Source of the DNA: an uncultured Gemmatimonadales bacterium
Lineage (GTDB): Bacteria > Gemmatimonadota > Gemmatimonadetes > Longimicrobiales > RSA9
DNA length: 64,000 bases
NCBI GenBank assembly: GCA_963783305.1
Contig: CAWAMW010000017.1
Coordinates: 224,001-288,000 of the forward strand
Reading direction: 5' to 3'
Shown: in pieces, positions 49,806 through 59,369 of the stretch
How the letters are laid out: every line of letters starts with the position of its first letter
Position numbering within the stretch: position 1 is the stretch's first letter
Program-made: the position numbers and the translations under genes
Notes under the pieces: model-generated
Database searches by the model: none
The model's input: only the letters and a program-made list of their open reading frames with translations
Told to the model about the DNA's origin: nothing

Positions 49806-50642
49806 TCACTCCTTCGGTCGCTGATAGTACACGGCTCCGGGCCGGCGCTTCGGAACGAATCTCGTCGGCACCCGGCTCAATGACTCCGCGTGGCCCAGGA
49901 AGAGGTAGCCTCCCGGCCGAACCACCCGGTACAGATTCTCCAACGCGCGTTCCAGCGCGGGCGCATCGAAATAGATCAGGACGTTCCGGCACAGGACGAT
50001 GTCCTGCGCAGGGACGGAATCGGGCCACTCCGGCGCCACGAGGTTCCCTTGCTGGAACTGTGCCGCGGCCCTGAAACGGGGCCGCAGTCGCCATCGCTCC
50101 CGCTCGATGGACTCGAAGTACCGGTCCCGGACCTCGTCATCCAGAGTCCGGAACGCGTGAGGCCGATAAGTGGCCTCCCGGGCGCGGTCGAGGGCTTCGG
50201 GGTCGAGGTCCACGCCGGTGATGGTCACGTCGGAGGTGGCGCCCAGCGCCTCACGTGCGAGAATGGAGAGGGTGTACACCTCCTCGCCCGCTGCGCAGCC
50301 GACGCTCATGAGCCGCAGGGGCCCGCCACGCCCAGCGTGCTCACGGGCGAGCACCCCGAGGATCTCGTCCCTGATCAGATCGAGCTGGTTCGTTTCGCGG
50401 AAGAAGTAGCTCTCGTTGTTCGTCAGGCTGGCGACCAGGCGAGCGCGCTCCGCCTCCCGGTCCGGGTGATAGCGGACGCGGAACAGGAGGCGCTCAAAGG
50501 TATCGAGGTTCAGCGCCGACCTCTGCGGGTCCAGGCGTGCGCGCAGGATCTCGCGTTTTTCAGGCCCGAACCGGAGACCGTACTCCTGGGCGAGCCAGTC
50601 GGAGAAGAGCCGGAACTCGTCATCGGTGAGAGGCGTCGGCAT
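49806..50642 (-). CDS. cheR: Chemotaxis methyltransferase
   Basis: TNNESYFFRE, SVGCAAGEEVYT, CRNVLIYF and LGHAES motifs. Confidence 0.96.
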   Translation of the reverse strand: MPTPLTDDEFRLFSDWLAQEYGLRFGPEKREILRARLDPQRSALNLDTFERLLFRVRYHPDREAERARLVASLTNNESYFFRETNQLDLIRDEILGVLAREHAGRGGPLRLMSVGCAAGEEVYTLSILAREALGATSDVTITGVDLDPEALDRAREATYRPHAFRTLDDEVRDRYFESIERERWRLRPRFRAAAQFQQGNLVAPEWPDSVPAQDIVLCRNVLIYFDAPALERALENLYRVVRPGGYLFLGHAESLSRVPTRFVPKRRPGAVYYQRPKE

Positions 50643-52432
50643 CAGCCTCCCCCGTCCAGCCCCCGCCTCGCGGCGCTGCGGACGGCGGCATCCGGATCGC
50701 GCTCGGCCAGCTCCTGCAGCCGCTGCCGCCCGCTGACACCCCGGCGCGCGAGGGCGCGGGCCGCGCAGGTCCGGATCCAGGCATCCTCGTCCGCCGCTAC
50801 CCGCGCCAGCGACTCCGGCTCGAGCCCCTCCGCCAGCGCCACCACCTCCCACGCCGCGGCCCGGCGGATATCCAGCTCCGGGTGCTCCAGGAACGGCGCG
50901 AGCACCGGCGCGGCGGCCGGCACACCGAGCTGGCCCAGCGCTCGAATGGCGGCCAGTGTCTCTGCTCGAGTTCCTTTCAGCGCCCGCTCCAGGAGAGGAA
51001 CCGCGCCTTCGTCCCGCGTGAACCCCAGCCCCTCGATGGCGGACAGCCGGGTATCGATCCGCTCCGACTCGAGCGCACGCTCCAGCGCCGGCAGCGCGCC
51101 CGCCCCGGCGCACCGGGCGAGGGATCGCAGGATGGCATCGCGGGCCTCGGCGTCCTCCTCGCGCCCGAGCGCCTCACGCAGGGCGCTCTCCGTCCCCGGG
51201 CTGGCGCAGCGGGAGAGCGCCGCCGCCGCGGCCGCACGCACGGGCGCCGCCGGATCTACGAGGAGCGGCACGAGCGAACTGCACGCCACTTCGCCCAGCG
51301 CGCCCACGGCCTGGATCACCTCCGGCATCACGCCCTCGCGCGTTACTTCGGCTGTCAGCAGATGGAGGGCCTCCCCCGGCTCCGCACGCGCCAGGGCTTC
51401 TGCCGCGGCGCCCCGGACACCCACGTCTGCGTGTTCCAGGAGCGGCACGAGCATGCGGATCCGCCCCCGGTCCCGGAGGGGTGGAAGGAGCGAGAGCCGG
51501 GTCACGAGTTCCCGCTCGTCCGCGTCCTCAAGGTGATCGAGGAGGGCGTCCGCACGGGGCTCTGCCGGCGCTGCAAGCAGTCCGGGGATCGCCGCCTCAC
51601 TCCGCCGGGGCGGGCCGATCAGGTCCACCAGGCACTGGATCGCCTCGTGCGATCCCGCCAGCCCAACCAGTCGGCCGACCGCGGGGTCGTCCTCCTCGAC
51701 AATGGCGTAGCGAAGCGCCTCTTCATCCGCCTGCGCCCCGGCCACGACCCACGCGGGCGCCTCAACGTCGGGGTGCGTGACGAGGACGTGACCGGCGGCC
51801 CTGAGCGCCCGGTCGGGGGCCGTTGCGTATACGCGTTCGAGGACGGGGAGCGCGGCCGGGTCATCGATTCGGGTCAACGCCTCGACGATGGGCTGCTCGA
51901 GCCCGGGCTCCCGAGCCACCAAGTCCAGATGGGGAATGGCGCGCTCGTCCTGGAGGCGGCCGAGGGCGACAATGGCGGCCGCCCGGACCCAGAAGTCCTC
52001 GGTTCGGCTGGTCTCACCAAGCGCCTCGAGGGCGGGGGCGTAGCCAAGCTCCCCGAGTCCGTCTGCGGCGGCCGCGACGACGTTGGGCGATGGGTCGTCG
52101 AGCGCGTCCAGGAGGAGGGGTCCGCTGTCGGGATTCCCCGACTCCCCGAGGGCGGAGGCGGCCAGGACGCGCATACTCTCATCGTCAGACGTGAGGCGCC
52201 TGCGAAGCTCGCGCTGCGCATCCGAGCGCGACGCAGACCCGGGCGACGCGAGGGCGGCCAGGGCCATGCGGGCGGCGGCGCGGCGGGTGGCGTTGTCGTC
52301 GTGGAGGCGCTCACCCAGCTCCTCGACCGCCGTGGAAGGGAGCCCGGCAGCCCGGAGCTCCTCCAGGGCGCGGTGGCGCGTCCACTCGTCCTCGCCCGCG
52401 ATGGCCGCCAGGCGTTGATCCAGATCAGACAC
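50642..52432 (-). CDS. HEAT/PBS-lyase repeat protein
   Basis: Many VRxAAAxALGxxG repeats. Overlaps both the MCP and cheR genes. Confidence 0.92.
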   Translation of the reverse strand: MSDLDQRLAAIAGEDEWTRHRALEELRAAGLPSTAVEELGERLHDDNATRRAAARMALAALASPGSASRSDAQRELRRRLTSDDESMRVLAASALGESGNPDSGPLLLDALDDPSPNVVAAAADGLGELGYAPALEALGETSRTEDFWVRAAAIVALGRLQDERAIPHLDLVAREPGLEQPIVEALTRIDDPAALPVLERVYATAPDRALRAAGHVLVTHPDVEAPAWVVAGAQADEEALRYAIVEEDDPAVGRLVGLAGSHEAIQCLVDLIGPPRRSEAAIPGLLAAPAEPRADALLDHLEDADERELVTRLSLLPPLRDRGRIRMLVPLLEHADVGVRGAAAEALARAEPGEALHLLTAEVTREGVMPEVIQAVGALGEVACSSLVPLLVDPAAPVRAAAAAALSRCASPGTESALREALGREEDAEARDAILRSLARCAGAGALPALERALESERIDTRLSAIEGLGFTRDEGAVPLLERALKGTRAETLAAIRALGQLGVPAAAPVLAPFLEHPELDIRRAAAWEVVALAEGLEPESLARVAADEDAWIRTCAARALARRGVSGRQRLQELAERDPDAAVRSAARRGLDGGG

Positions 52433-54395
52433 GGAACGTCCGCACCAGCCCGGTGAGTCGGCTTGCCTGCGATGAGAGGTCCTGGGCGGCCTTCACGAGC
52501 TGCTGGACGGCCGCCTGCGCCTCGCGCGCGCCTCCGCTGATCTCCTCGGTGCTCTTCAGGATCAGCTCACCCCCTCGCTTCTGCTCGGCGGTGGCCTCGA
52601 AGACCTCCTGCGTCTGGCGGTTCATCGACTCCACCGCGTTCACGATCTGCCGGCTGCTCAACGCCTGTTCGTGCGTGGCCGTCCGCGACTCCTCCGCAAT
52701 CTGCTGGATGTTGCGCATGGCTTCTCGCGTCTGATCCGCGGCCTGCGTCTGCTGCCGTGTCGCCACGGCCACCTCGTCCATGAGGTCCCGGGTCCGCGTG
52801 GAAGACTCCACGATCCGCTGGAGCACCTCGGCGGCGCGGCTCACGACATCCAGTCCCTCCTCCGTCCGGTTCGCGACCACGCCCGTCGAGTCCACCGCGT
52901 CATCGACCCGTTCCCGGACCGTATCGATCGTGGTCCGGATGTCCCGCGCCGACTCCACCGAACGCTCCGCCAGCCGACGTACTTCCTGTGCGACAACGGC
53001 GAACCCGCGGCCGTGCTCCCCGGCCCGGGCGGCCTCAATGGATGCGTTCAACGCCAGCAGGTTGGTCTGATCGGCGATGTCTTCCATGAGCTCCGAGATC
53101 CTGCCGACCGACTCGCCGGCCTGTCCCAGCTCCTGAATGGTCTGCACCAGCGACGCCATCTCCTGGTGGATGCGCGTCATCCCGCTGTTGACCTGGTCCA
53201 CGGCCGCGCCGCCGGCGGCGGCGTCCGACGCGGCGGCATCCGCGATCTCCCGCGTCTCCGCCACGTGCCGCTCGGCGTGGCTGATGGAGAGCGCCATCTC
53301 CTCCATCGTGGTGGATGTCTCATCCACGGCGGTGCCGAGGCCATCGGCGTTCTCGGCCGTGGACTGGATCGCCTGTCCCATCTGGGAGATGGACGACGAC
53401 GTCTGATCGACCGACGCGGCCAGCCCCTCCGCATTCTCCGCCACGCGCGCAATCTGCGCGGCGATCTCCTCCATGGACGAGGACATGGACTCCGTGGATC
53501 CCACCTGGTTGTCGACGGTGTTGGAGATGTGCTCGGAGGTGGCGGCGATCTGCTCAGCCGCCGACGCCACCTGCGCCGTGGCCTCATCGACCTCGCCCAC
53601 GAGGCCGCGAAGCCGGGCGGCCATGGCATTCAGCGTTCCCACCAGGCGGCCGATCTCGTCATTGCCCGGCGGGTCCAGCTGCCGCGTCAGGTCCCCCCCG
53701 GCCACGGCCTCCGCGAACTCCACCGCCTCTGTCAGCGGGCCGGAGATGCGGCCCGCGATCCACACGGCGACAGCGAGACTCACGGCCATGGCCAGGAGCG
53801 TCAGGAGGAGACTGGCCAGCTGCATCTGGTTGAGGGCCTCCCGCATGGAGGCATGCTCCCGATCGGCCACCTGCCGAGCCTTGTCGTCGAGACGGTCGAT
53901 CGCGGCCTGCGCGCGCGTGGATTCTCGGAGCCCATCGCGCCTGAAGAACGCCGTCAGCGAGTCGTCGGGGATCGTGCCGGCGCGGACGGCGCGGGCCAGC
54001 TCCACGCCGGGGACCGCCACCTCCTCGTCCCACACCTGGGCGAGAATCACCGCGGAGTCGAGTCGAGCGACCTGCGCGGGGTCGGCCACGGACTCGCGCA
54101 GCGCTACTACCCGCTGGTCGAACGAGCTCTCCGCCTCCCGCAGGTCCTCGATGGCGCTCTCGTCGCCAGTGATCACATACTCGCGGAACGCGGCGACCCT
54201 CTCCGACAGGGCCACGCTCATCTCGGCCGTGTGCGTCTGCGAGTCCTCCACCCGCTCCAGCTCCTGTCGGGCAGACTCCAGAGCGGCACCCTGCACGAAG
54301 ACGACCACCCCGATCAGCAGCATCAGCAGCAGCACGATGCCGTAGCCGAACAGGATCTTGTTTCGTACTCGTGTATTCCGGAACCAGTCGAACAT
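52425..54395 (-). CDS. Methyl-accepting chemotaxis protein (four-helix/CHASE3-like sensor, HAMP)
   Basis: Two TMs, DEIGRL HAMP, and [30 protein letters not shown]. Confidence 0.97.
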   Translation of the reverse strand: MFDWFRNTRVRNKILFGYGIVLLLMLLIGVVVFVQGAALESARQELERVEDSQTHTAEMSVALSERVAAFREYVITGDESAIEDLREAESSFDQRVVALRESVADPAQVARLDSAVILAQVWDEEVAVPGVELARAVRAGTIPDDSLTAFFRRDGLRESTRAQAAIDRLDDKARQVADREHASMREALNQMQLASLLLTLLAMAVSLAVAVWIAGRISGPLTEAVEFAEAVAGGDLTRQLDPPGNDEIGRLVGTLNAMAARLRGLVGEVDEATAQVASAAEQIAATSEHISNTVDNQVGSTESMSSSMEEIAAQIARVAENAEGLAASVDQTSSSISQMGQAIQSTAENADGLGTAVDETSTTMEEMALSISHAERHVAETREIADAAASDAAAGGAAVDQVNSGMTRIHQEMASLVQTIQELGQAGESVGRISELMEDIADQTNLLALNASIEAARAGEHGRGFAVVAQEVRRLAERSVESARDIRTTIDTVRERVDDAVDSTGVVANRTEEGLDVVSRAAEVLQRIVESSTRTRDLMDEVAVATRQQTQAADQTREAMRNIQQIAEESRTATHEQALSSRQIVNAVESMNRQTQEVFEATAEQKRGGELILKSTEEISGGAREAQAAVQQLVKAAQDLSSQASRLTGLVRTFRV

Positions 54396-54398
54396 CCG

Positions 54399-54926
54399 TC
54401 AGTCCTCGCTCGAGTCGGCCTCGGGCGGCGCGGCGGCGCGCCCGAGATGCAGGATCGTCACGACGCCATCGTCGCGCGCCAGTACACCGGTCACCAGCTC
54501 CGGCGGCAGTGCGGCCTCCGCGGCCCTCGGCGGTGGCCTGATCTCCTCCTCCGTGGCGGTGACCAGCGTGTCCACGGCGTCCACCAGGAGCCCCACCATC
54601 GCCCCGGTCTCCTCGTGCCGGACAAGGACCATGCGACCGGGTCGGCGGGCTGGGGTGCCGAGAAGTCGCAGCCCCAGGTCCAGCACCGGGACCACTTCCC
54701 CTCGTACGCTGGTTACGCCCGCCACTTCCGGCTCCGGCAGGGGCAGCCGGCTGATGGGCGGTGTGCGCCCCACCTCGAGCACCTCGTCCACCCACAGTCC
54801 AAAGCGGGCGTCCCCCAGCCGCAGCGCCAGGAGGCCGCGGCGCGCGACCTCCAGATCCGGCCGGTCGCGATCCTCCACCCCGTCCTGTTCCTGAGGGAGG
54901 GTCGGGGTGCCGGGCTCGTTCGTCAC
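54399..54926 (-). CDS. cheW: Chemotaxis coupling protein
   Basis: GVTSVRGEVVPVLDL and GLLVDAV motifs. The GTG start overlaps the cheY stop. Confidence 0.93.
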   Translation of the reverse strand: MTNEPGTPTLPQEQDGVEDRDRPDLEVARRGLLALRLGDARFGLWVDEVLEVGRTPPISRLPLPEPEVAGVTSVRGEVVPVLDLGLRLLGTPARRPGRMVLVRHEETGAMVGLLVDAVDTLVTATEEEIRPPPRAAEAALPPELVTGVLARDDGVVTILHLGRAAAPPEADSSED

Positions 54927-55306
54927 GCTCGCTCCTTCGGCGCCAGGTCCTCCAGCACCGCGGTGAGATCCGCCGGCGTCCAGGGCTTGCAGAGGTATGC
55001 GTCGGCGCCGGCGTCCGCGGCGGCAGCCTTGTCGGCGTCGGCGCATTCCGTGGAGATCACGACCACGGGCGCATCGATCCCCATCTCGCCCCGCAGGCGG
55101 CGGATGAACTCGATGCCATCCAGCCGGGGCAGGTTCACATCGACGATGAACAGGGACAGGTCCACCTCCTGCGCGGCGCGGTCCAGCCCCTCCACGCCGT
55201 CCTCGGCGAACACGAGCTCGCCGGCCGCATCCTCGAGCACCATGCGATAGAGGCTCCTCATCATCGGACTGTCCTCGACGACCAGGACCTTATCCCAGTG
55301 CGGCAC
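54923..55306 (-). CDS. cheY: CheY-like response regulator
   Basis: VVEDS, VDVNLP, IST and KP motifs. Confidence 0.88.
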   Translation of the reverse strand: MPHWDKVLVVEDSPMMRSLYRMVLEDAAGELVFAEDGVEGLDRAAQEVDLSLFIVDVNLPRLDGIEFIRRLRGEMGIDAPVVVISTECADADKAAAADAGADAYLCKPWTPADLTAVLEDLAPKERA

Positions 55307-56912
55307 GTGCTCCTCCAGGGTTTCGCTCGTCGTTGAGCCGGATCAGCTCGCCAGGGTCGAGCATGAGCACCACTCGACCCCCCGGGAGCACGCTGCCCCC
55401 GGACACGAGGCGCGACCGGCGCCCGTAGCGCGGCATCGCTTTCACCACCAGGTCCCGCTGATCGACCAGGCGACTCGCCCTCAGCACGGCGCCCCTCCCT
55501 TCCTGTAGCACCAGCACGCCGAAAGCGCCCGGCCCCGTGGCGGGCCAGCCGAAGAGACGGTCCGGATCCGCGAGCGGATACAGGTCGCCTTCGGTGCGGA
55601 CGACCTCAGTAGGTCCCACCCTCTCGGTCTCTTCCAGCCGGAGGGTGCGCGCCACGTAGGTGGTGGGGAGGGCGAGGAGCTCGCCGCCCGCCTCGAAGAC
55701 CAGGCTCGGGATCACGGCGACCGTCAGCGGGAGGCGCAGAACAAAGCGCGTCCCGCCGTCGTCCGGTCGCTCAACGGAAAGTTCCCCTCGCAGATCCCGT
55801 ACGCTCTGCGAGACCACGTCCAGGCCCACACCGCGACCCGATACCGTGCTCACGTCCGTGCGGGTCGAGAACCCGGGTTGAAAAATCAACTGGATCAGCT
55901 CCCCCTCCGAGAGGGACTCGTCAGGGCGCACCAACTCCAGTCGCAGCGCTCGATCGCGGATCCGCGCCAGGTCCAGGCCCCGGCCGTCGTCCTCCACGTC
56001 GATCCGCACTCGGTCTCCCAACTGCCGGGCGCGTATCCGAACGGTTCCGTGGCGCGGCTTTCCCGCGGCTTCCCGCTCTTCCGGCTCCTGTATCCCGTGG
56101 TCAATGGCGTTGCGCACCAGGTGGAGCAGCGGCTCGGAGAGAGCGTCGGCGGTGCTCTTGTCCACCTCGGTCCCTTCCCCCTCCACCACGAGCCGAGCTT
56201 CCTTCCCCTGCTGTCGGGCCAGGCGCCGGACCAGCGTATGGAAGCGCCCCACCACCCGGTCCAGCGGCACGAGACGGAGCGCCATGACCGACTCCCGCAG
56301 TGAGTCCGCGCGCCGCCGGATGGCCATGGCGAGATCCCCGAGACGCTCGCTCTCCGTGTTCCGGACCTCGGCCTTGAGTCCCGCCGCCTCCCCGAGTAGA
56401 TCACCCACCTCCGCCATGAGCGCGTCCAGCTTTGCGAAGGGAATGCGGACGAGATCGCTCGTCACAGGCACGTCATCAGACGGAGGGTCCACCTCCGACG
56501 GCCGGTCCACGGGCGGATCCGCGGACGAGTCCAGCTGGCCCAGTCGATGCCCGGCCGCACCCAGCTCACGGAACGCCTCGGGCTCCCGGTCACTGCCCGC
56601 CGCCTCCACCGCCGCCCGCAGCGTCGCGATTCCCTTGAACAGCCGCTCCACCAGCCCGTCCGGCCATCGGTGGGGCTCCGCCTTCAGAACGTTCTCGAGG
56701 ACGTGGACAAAGTCGCGAATCGGAGAGAGCCCCAGCATGCCGGCATTGCCCTTGAGCGTGTGGAGCGTACGCATGAGCGCACTGCGGCCCTCCGAGTCGA
56801 GCGCGCCTTCCCGCTCGATCTCCAGAAGTCCCGCATCCACCCGGTCGAGCTGGTCCCGCGCTTCTTCGCGAAACTCGCCGACCAGAGCACCCAGGTCGAA
56901 TGACTCAGCCAA
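55290..56912 (-). CDS. cheA: Chemotaxis histidine kinase (no P2 or REC domain apparent)
   Basis: HTLKG, HLVRNAIDHG, DDGRG, SGRGVGLDVV and C-terminal CheW domain. Confidence 0.96.
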   Translation of the reverse strand: MAESFDLGALVGEFREEARDQLDRVDAGLLEIEREGALDSEGRSALMRTLHTLKGNAGMLGLSPIRDFVHVLENVLKAEPHRWPDGLVERLFKGIATLRAAVEAAGSDREPEAFRELGAAGHRLGQLDSSADPPVDRPSEVDPPSDDVPVTSDLVRIPFAKLDALMAEVGDLLGEAAGLKAEVRNTESERLGDLAMAIRRRADSLRESVMALRLVPLDRVVGRFHTLVRRLARQQGKEARLVVEGEGTEVDKSTADALSEPLLHLVRNAIDHGIQEPEEREAAGKPRHGTVRIRARQLGDRVRIDVEDDGRGLDLARIRDRALRLELVRPDESLSEGELIQLIFQPGFSTRTDVSTVSGRGVGLDVVSQSVRDLRGELSVERPDDGGTRFVLRLPLTVAVIPSLVFEAGGELLALPTTYVARTLRLEETERVGPTEVVRTEGDLYPLADPDRLFGWPATGPGAFGVLVLQEGRGAVLRASRLVDQRDLVVKAMPRYGRRSRLVSGGSVLPGGRVVLMLDPGELIRLNDERNPGGARAALG

Positions 56913-57068
56913 CGCTGTTCCTCTCGTGAGGCATGGTTCGTGGCCGGGCGATGCGGGAACCGTTCCATGGAGGTCGGACGGGGTTGCTCCCGGAGTGCGA
57001 GCAGGCCAGACTCAACCACACGGATGTGCGCCATCCGGAACCCTGAATCGAGGATGGAGGAAGGACCC

Positions 57069-57473
57069 ATGGCTGAACGGACCGCAAGCTACGCCATTTC
57101 CCGTACCGTCGACCTCTCCTACGAAGAAGCGGACGCGCGGGTGCGCGAGGCCCTGCAGGAGGAAGGCTTCGGCATCCTGACCGAGATCAATGTGGCTGCC
57201 ACGCTGAAGAAGAAGCTGGACGTGAGCTTCCCGCCCTACGAGATCCTCGGGGCGTGCAACCCGCCGATGGCCCACCAGGCGCTGCAGGCCGAGGTGGACG
57301 TCGGCCTGCTCCTCCCGTGCAACGTGGTGGTACGCGCGCTCGAGGACGGCCGTACCGTGGTGGAGGCTATCGACCCGGTGAAGCAGCTGAGCGTCGCGGA
57401 CAACCCGGATCTGCCGGCGCTCGCGGAGGAGGTACGCTCACGAATGGAGCGGGTGATCGCCGCCATCGCCTGA
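57069..57473 (+). CDS. DUF302 family protein
   Basis: EGFGILTEI, ILGACNP and GLLLPCNVVV motifs. Confidence 0.9.
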   Translation: MAERTASYAISRTVDLSYEEADARVREALQEEGFGILTEINVAATLKKKLDVSFPPYEILGACNPPMAHQALQAEVDVGLLLPCNVVVRALEDGRTVVEAIDPVKQLSVADNPDLPALAEEVRSRMERVIAAIA

Positions 57474-57520
57474 GCGGTAGAGGGAAGACGCGACCTGGGA
57501 AGACGCGACCTTCACCGCAT

Positions 57521-57559
57521 AAAAGAACGACGCCGCCGGAGTGACTCCGGCGGCGCCGT
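57521..57559 (-). terminator. Intrinsic terminator
   Basis: Stem CGCCGCCGGAG-N3-CTCCGGCGGCG followed by TCGTTCTTTT on the minus strand. Confidence 0.75.
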
Positions 57560-57637
57560 AGAGGTCTGCCGCGATCCTGACGCGATGCCTGCGATCGGCA
57601 CAACGTCAGCCGGACAGCAACTGCGAAAACCTTTCGG

Positions 57638-57703
57638 CTAGGCGCCGATCAAGGGATCGCTTGCCCGTGTCAGGTCGCGGACAGTACTTGGACTTGCAGA
57701 CAA
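57638..57703 (-). CDS. Putative 21-aa small ORF (MSASPSTVRDLTRASDPLIGA)
   Basis: TTG start directly after AGGAGGTGATCC, with TAG stop. Confidence 0.45.
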   Translation of the reverse strand: MSASPSTVRDLTRASDPLIGA

Positions 57704-57829
57704 GGATCACCTCCTGTTTTCGGTTCAACAAAGGGCGTTGGCACCAGCGGGCTCTCCTGCCCCGCGGTCCATCGGCGGTGCTTTCTGTGGCATCGCCTCC
57801 GGCCCAGTCGCCCCAGCGGCGACGAAACG

Positions 57830-57858
57830 AAGCTAACGGCGAACATCGTACGGCACAA
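57830..57858 (-). promoter_or_regulatory. Sigma70-type promoter of the intergenic unit
   Basis: Minus strand TTGTGC-N17-TAGCTT. Confidence 0.5.
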
Positions 57859-57872
57859 GGACTTCCCGTCCC

Positions 57873-59138
57873 TCAGGGGCGATCGTGGAATCGTACGTTC
57901 TCGAACCGGTCCCATGGCACGAGCACCAGCGCGCCATCCGCTCGCTCCACGTAGACCCCCCGGTTCCCCTCATCCACGTCGTTGGAGTCGCCAAGAACGA
58001 ACGAGCGGCCGTCCAGCAACGTGACCCGTGACCGGTCGTAGCCCACGCGCTCGATCGCGCCGACCTGCCCCAGCTCCACGTCGAACGCCACGCCGTCCAC
58101 GAGATCGCCATCGAGGATCTCCCAGCCGAACTCCTCGTCATTGTCCCAGCGGATCCAGCCGACCTGCGTTTCACCACCCCTCGCGGCCACGGTGCCCCAG
58201 AGGCGGCCGCTGCGCCGGAACACCGACGGATCCACCTCTGCAGGCGGTCGCTGGAAGTCGACCCGGTCGAACTCGTCCCACTCCACCCGCACCTCTCCCA
58301 GCGCCGGGATGGCCACCATGATGTCCCGGTTGCCATCGTTCACATCGTTCGAGCCCCGGAGCACCAGCTGGCTGCCATCGGTAAGCTCCACCCGGGATGC
58401 GCTCGAGCTCACTCGCTCGATGGCGCGGATCATCGCGAACGGGATCTCGCGATCACCGCCGCGGTCGTCGCCGTCCAGCACATCGCTCGTGAAGAGCTCG
58501 TCCATGTCCCACACCACGTAACCGGTAAAGCGCTCCCCGTCCCGCGTGAGCAGCGTCCCGTACAGACGGTCCCCCCAACGGGACGGCGCCGGGGGCGGGG
58601 TCAGAAAATCGATCACGTCCACGTCCCGCCAGCGGAGCTCGATCTCCCCGCCGCGCGGGTCCTCGACCAGGATCGCATCCACCGACGAGCCGAGGTCACC
58701 GCCCCCGTCGAACTCCACCTCTTCGCCCGACTTCAACAGCAGCCGCGCTCTCGCTCCGCCACGGCGCTCCAGCGAGCTGATGTGACCGAAGCGGATCCCC
58801 GACTGCGACGTGCGGCCGATCTCGTTCCGGCCGCCCGGGATCGTGAACCCGATACCGAAGATCTCGAACCGGGACTCCTCCTCCCGCGGCTCCCACCCCA
58901 GCCGCTCCGCATCCCGACGGTTCCGCTCCGGGATTTCCTTGCTCGCGCTCAATACGTCGAATAAGGCCGACTCATTGCCATCCCAGCGGATGAACCCTTC
59001 ATGGGTGGATCCGTCCGTCGTGATGACACGGCCATAGAGCCGGCTCGGATCTCCCTCCTGCGCCCGGACGTAGCCCGGGAAGAGGAGCGTGGCCGCCAAC
59101 GCAATAGCGCCTGCGGCCGTCAGGGGTGTGCTTCGCAT
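57873..59138 (-). CDS. Secreted hypothetical protein with three internal repeats
   Basis: Sec signal ending VRA-Q. Three copies of RL[YW]Gx[VL]xxxxG...G[FYW][IV]xWDxxE. Confidence 0.85.
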   Translation of the reverse strand: MRSTPLTAAGAIALAATLLFPGYVRAQEGDPSRLYGRVITTDGSTHEGFIRWDGNESALFDVLSASKEIPERNRRDAERLGWEPREEESRFEIFGIGFTIPGGRNEIGRTSQSGIRFGHISSLERRGGARARLLLKSGEEVEFDGGGDLGSSVDAILVEDPRGGEIELRWRDVDVIDFLTPPPAPSRWGDRLYGTLLTRDGERFTGYVVWDMDELFTSDVLDGDDRGGDREIPFAMIRAIERVSSSASRVELTDGSQLVLRGSNDVNDGNRDIMVAIPALGEVRVEWDEFDRVDFQRPPAEVDPSVFRRSGRLWGTVAARGGETQVGWIRWDNDEEFGWEILDGDLVDGVAFDVELGQVGAIERVGYDRSRVTLLDGRSFVLGDSNDVDEGNRGVYVERADGALVLVPWDRFENVRFHDRP

Positions 59139-59313
59139 GGGGAATAATCTCCTTCGGAGTGCACTTCCGTTCTCTGGGGGACCCTACGGGGGGGCCTCGG
59201 CCGCGGTTTCAGCGAGGTCGAGGCCGAGGGAGGCTCGCCCTGCGGGGCTCGCTGCTGGACGGTCGTTCTGCGGGGTCACTATGGGAGCGCTTGCGCGAAC
59301 GGGGTTGCGCGCA

Positions 59314-59359
59314 TTAACCGTGCGGTTTAACCTTCGGGTTAGTTTAACCAACCAGTCAA
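59314..59359. promoter_or_regulatory. Probable TetR operator array
   Basis: Three TTAACC-N4-GGTTAA-like palindromes: TTAACCGTGCGGTTTA, TTAACCTTCGGGTTAG and TTAACCAACCAGTCAA. Confidence 0.7.
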
Positions 59360-59369
59360 GGCGGCACGC

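Noticed and set aside
52671..55250. Long antisense ORFs (859 aa here, also 22063-23892, 40711-42543, 59696-61510 and others)
   Set aside because: These are high-GC shadow frames opposite well-supported genes, with Arg/His/Pro-rich noise composition.
57482..57511. 15-bp direct repeat GGGAAGACGCGACCT x2 as an insertion target duplication
   Set aside because: The copies are adjacent with no element between them, so this is a simple tandem duplication.
57704..57715. GGATCACCTCCT as the 3' end of a 16S rRNA gene
   Set aside because: The upstream sequence lacks 16S helix 44/45 sequence and there is no room for an rRNA gene. It is better read as an SD on the minus strand.
57730..57825. SAM-I or glycine riboswitch (GGTGCCAA and GGAGAG fragments)
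   Set aside because: Other conserved elements (ATC..GAG and GCAACC for SAM-I, CCGAAG and CTCTCAGG for glycine) are absent.
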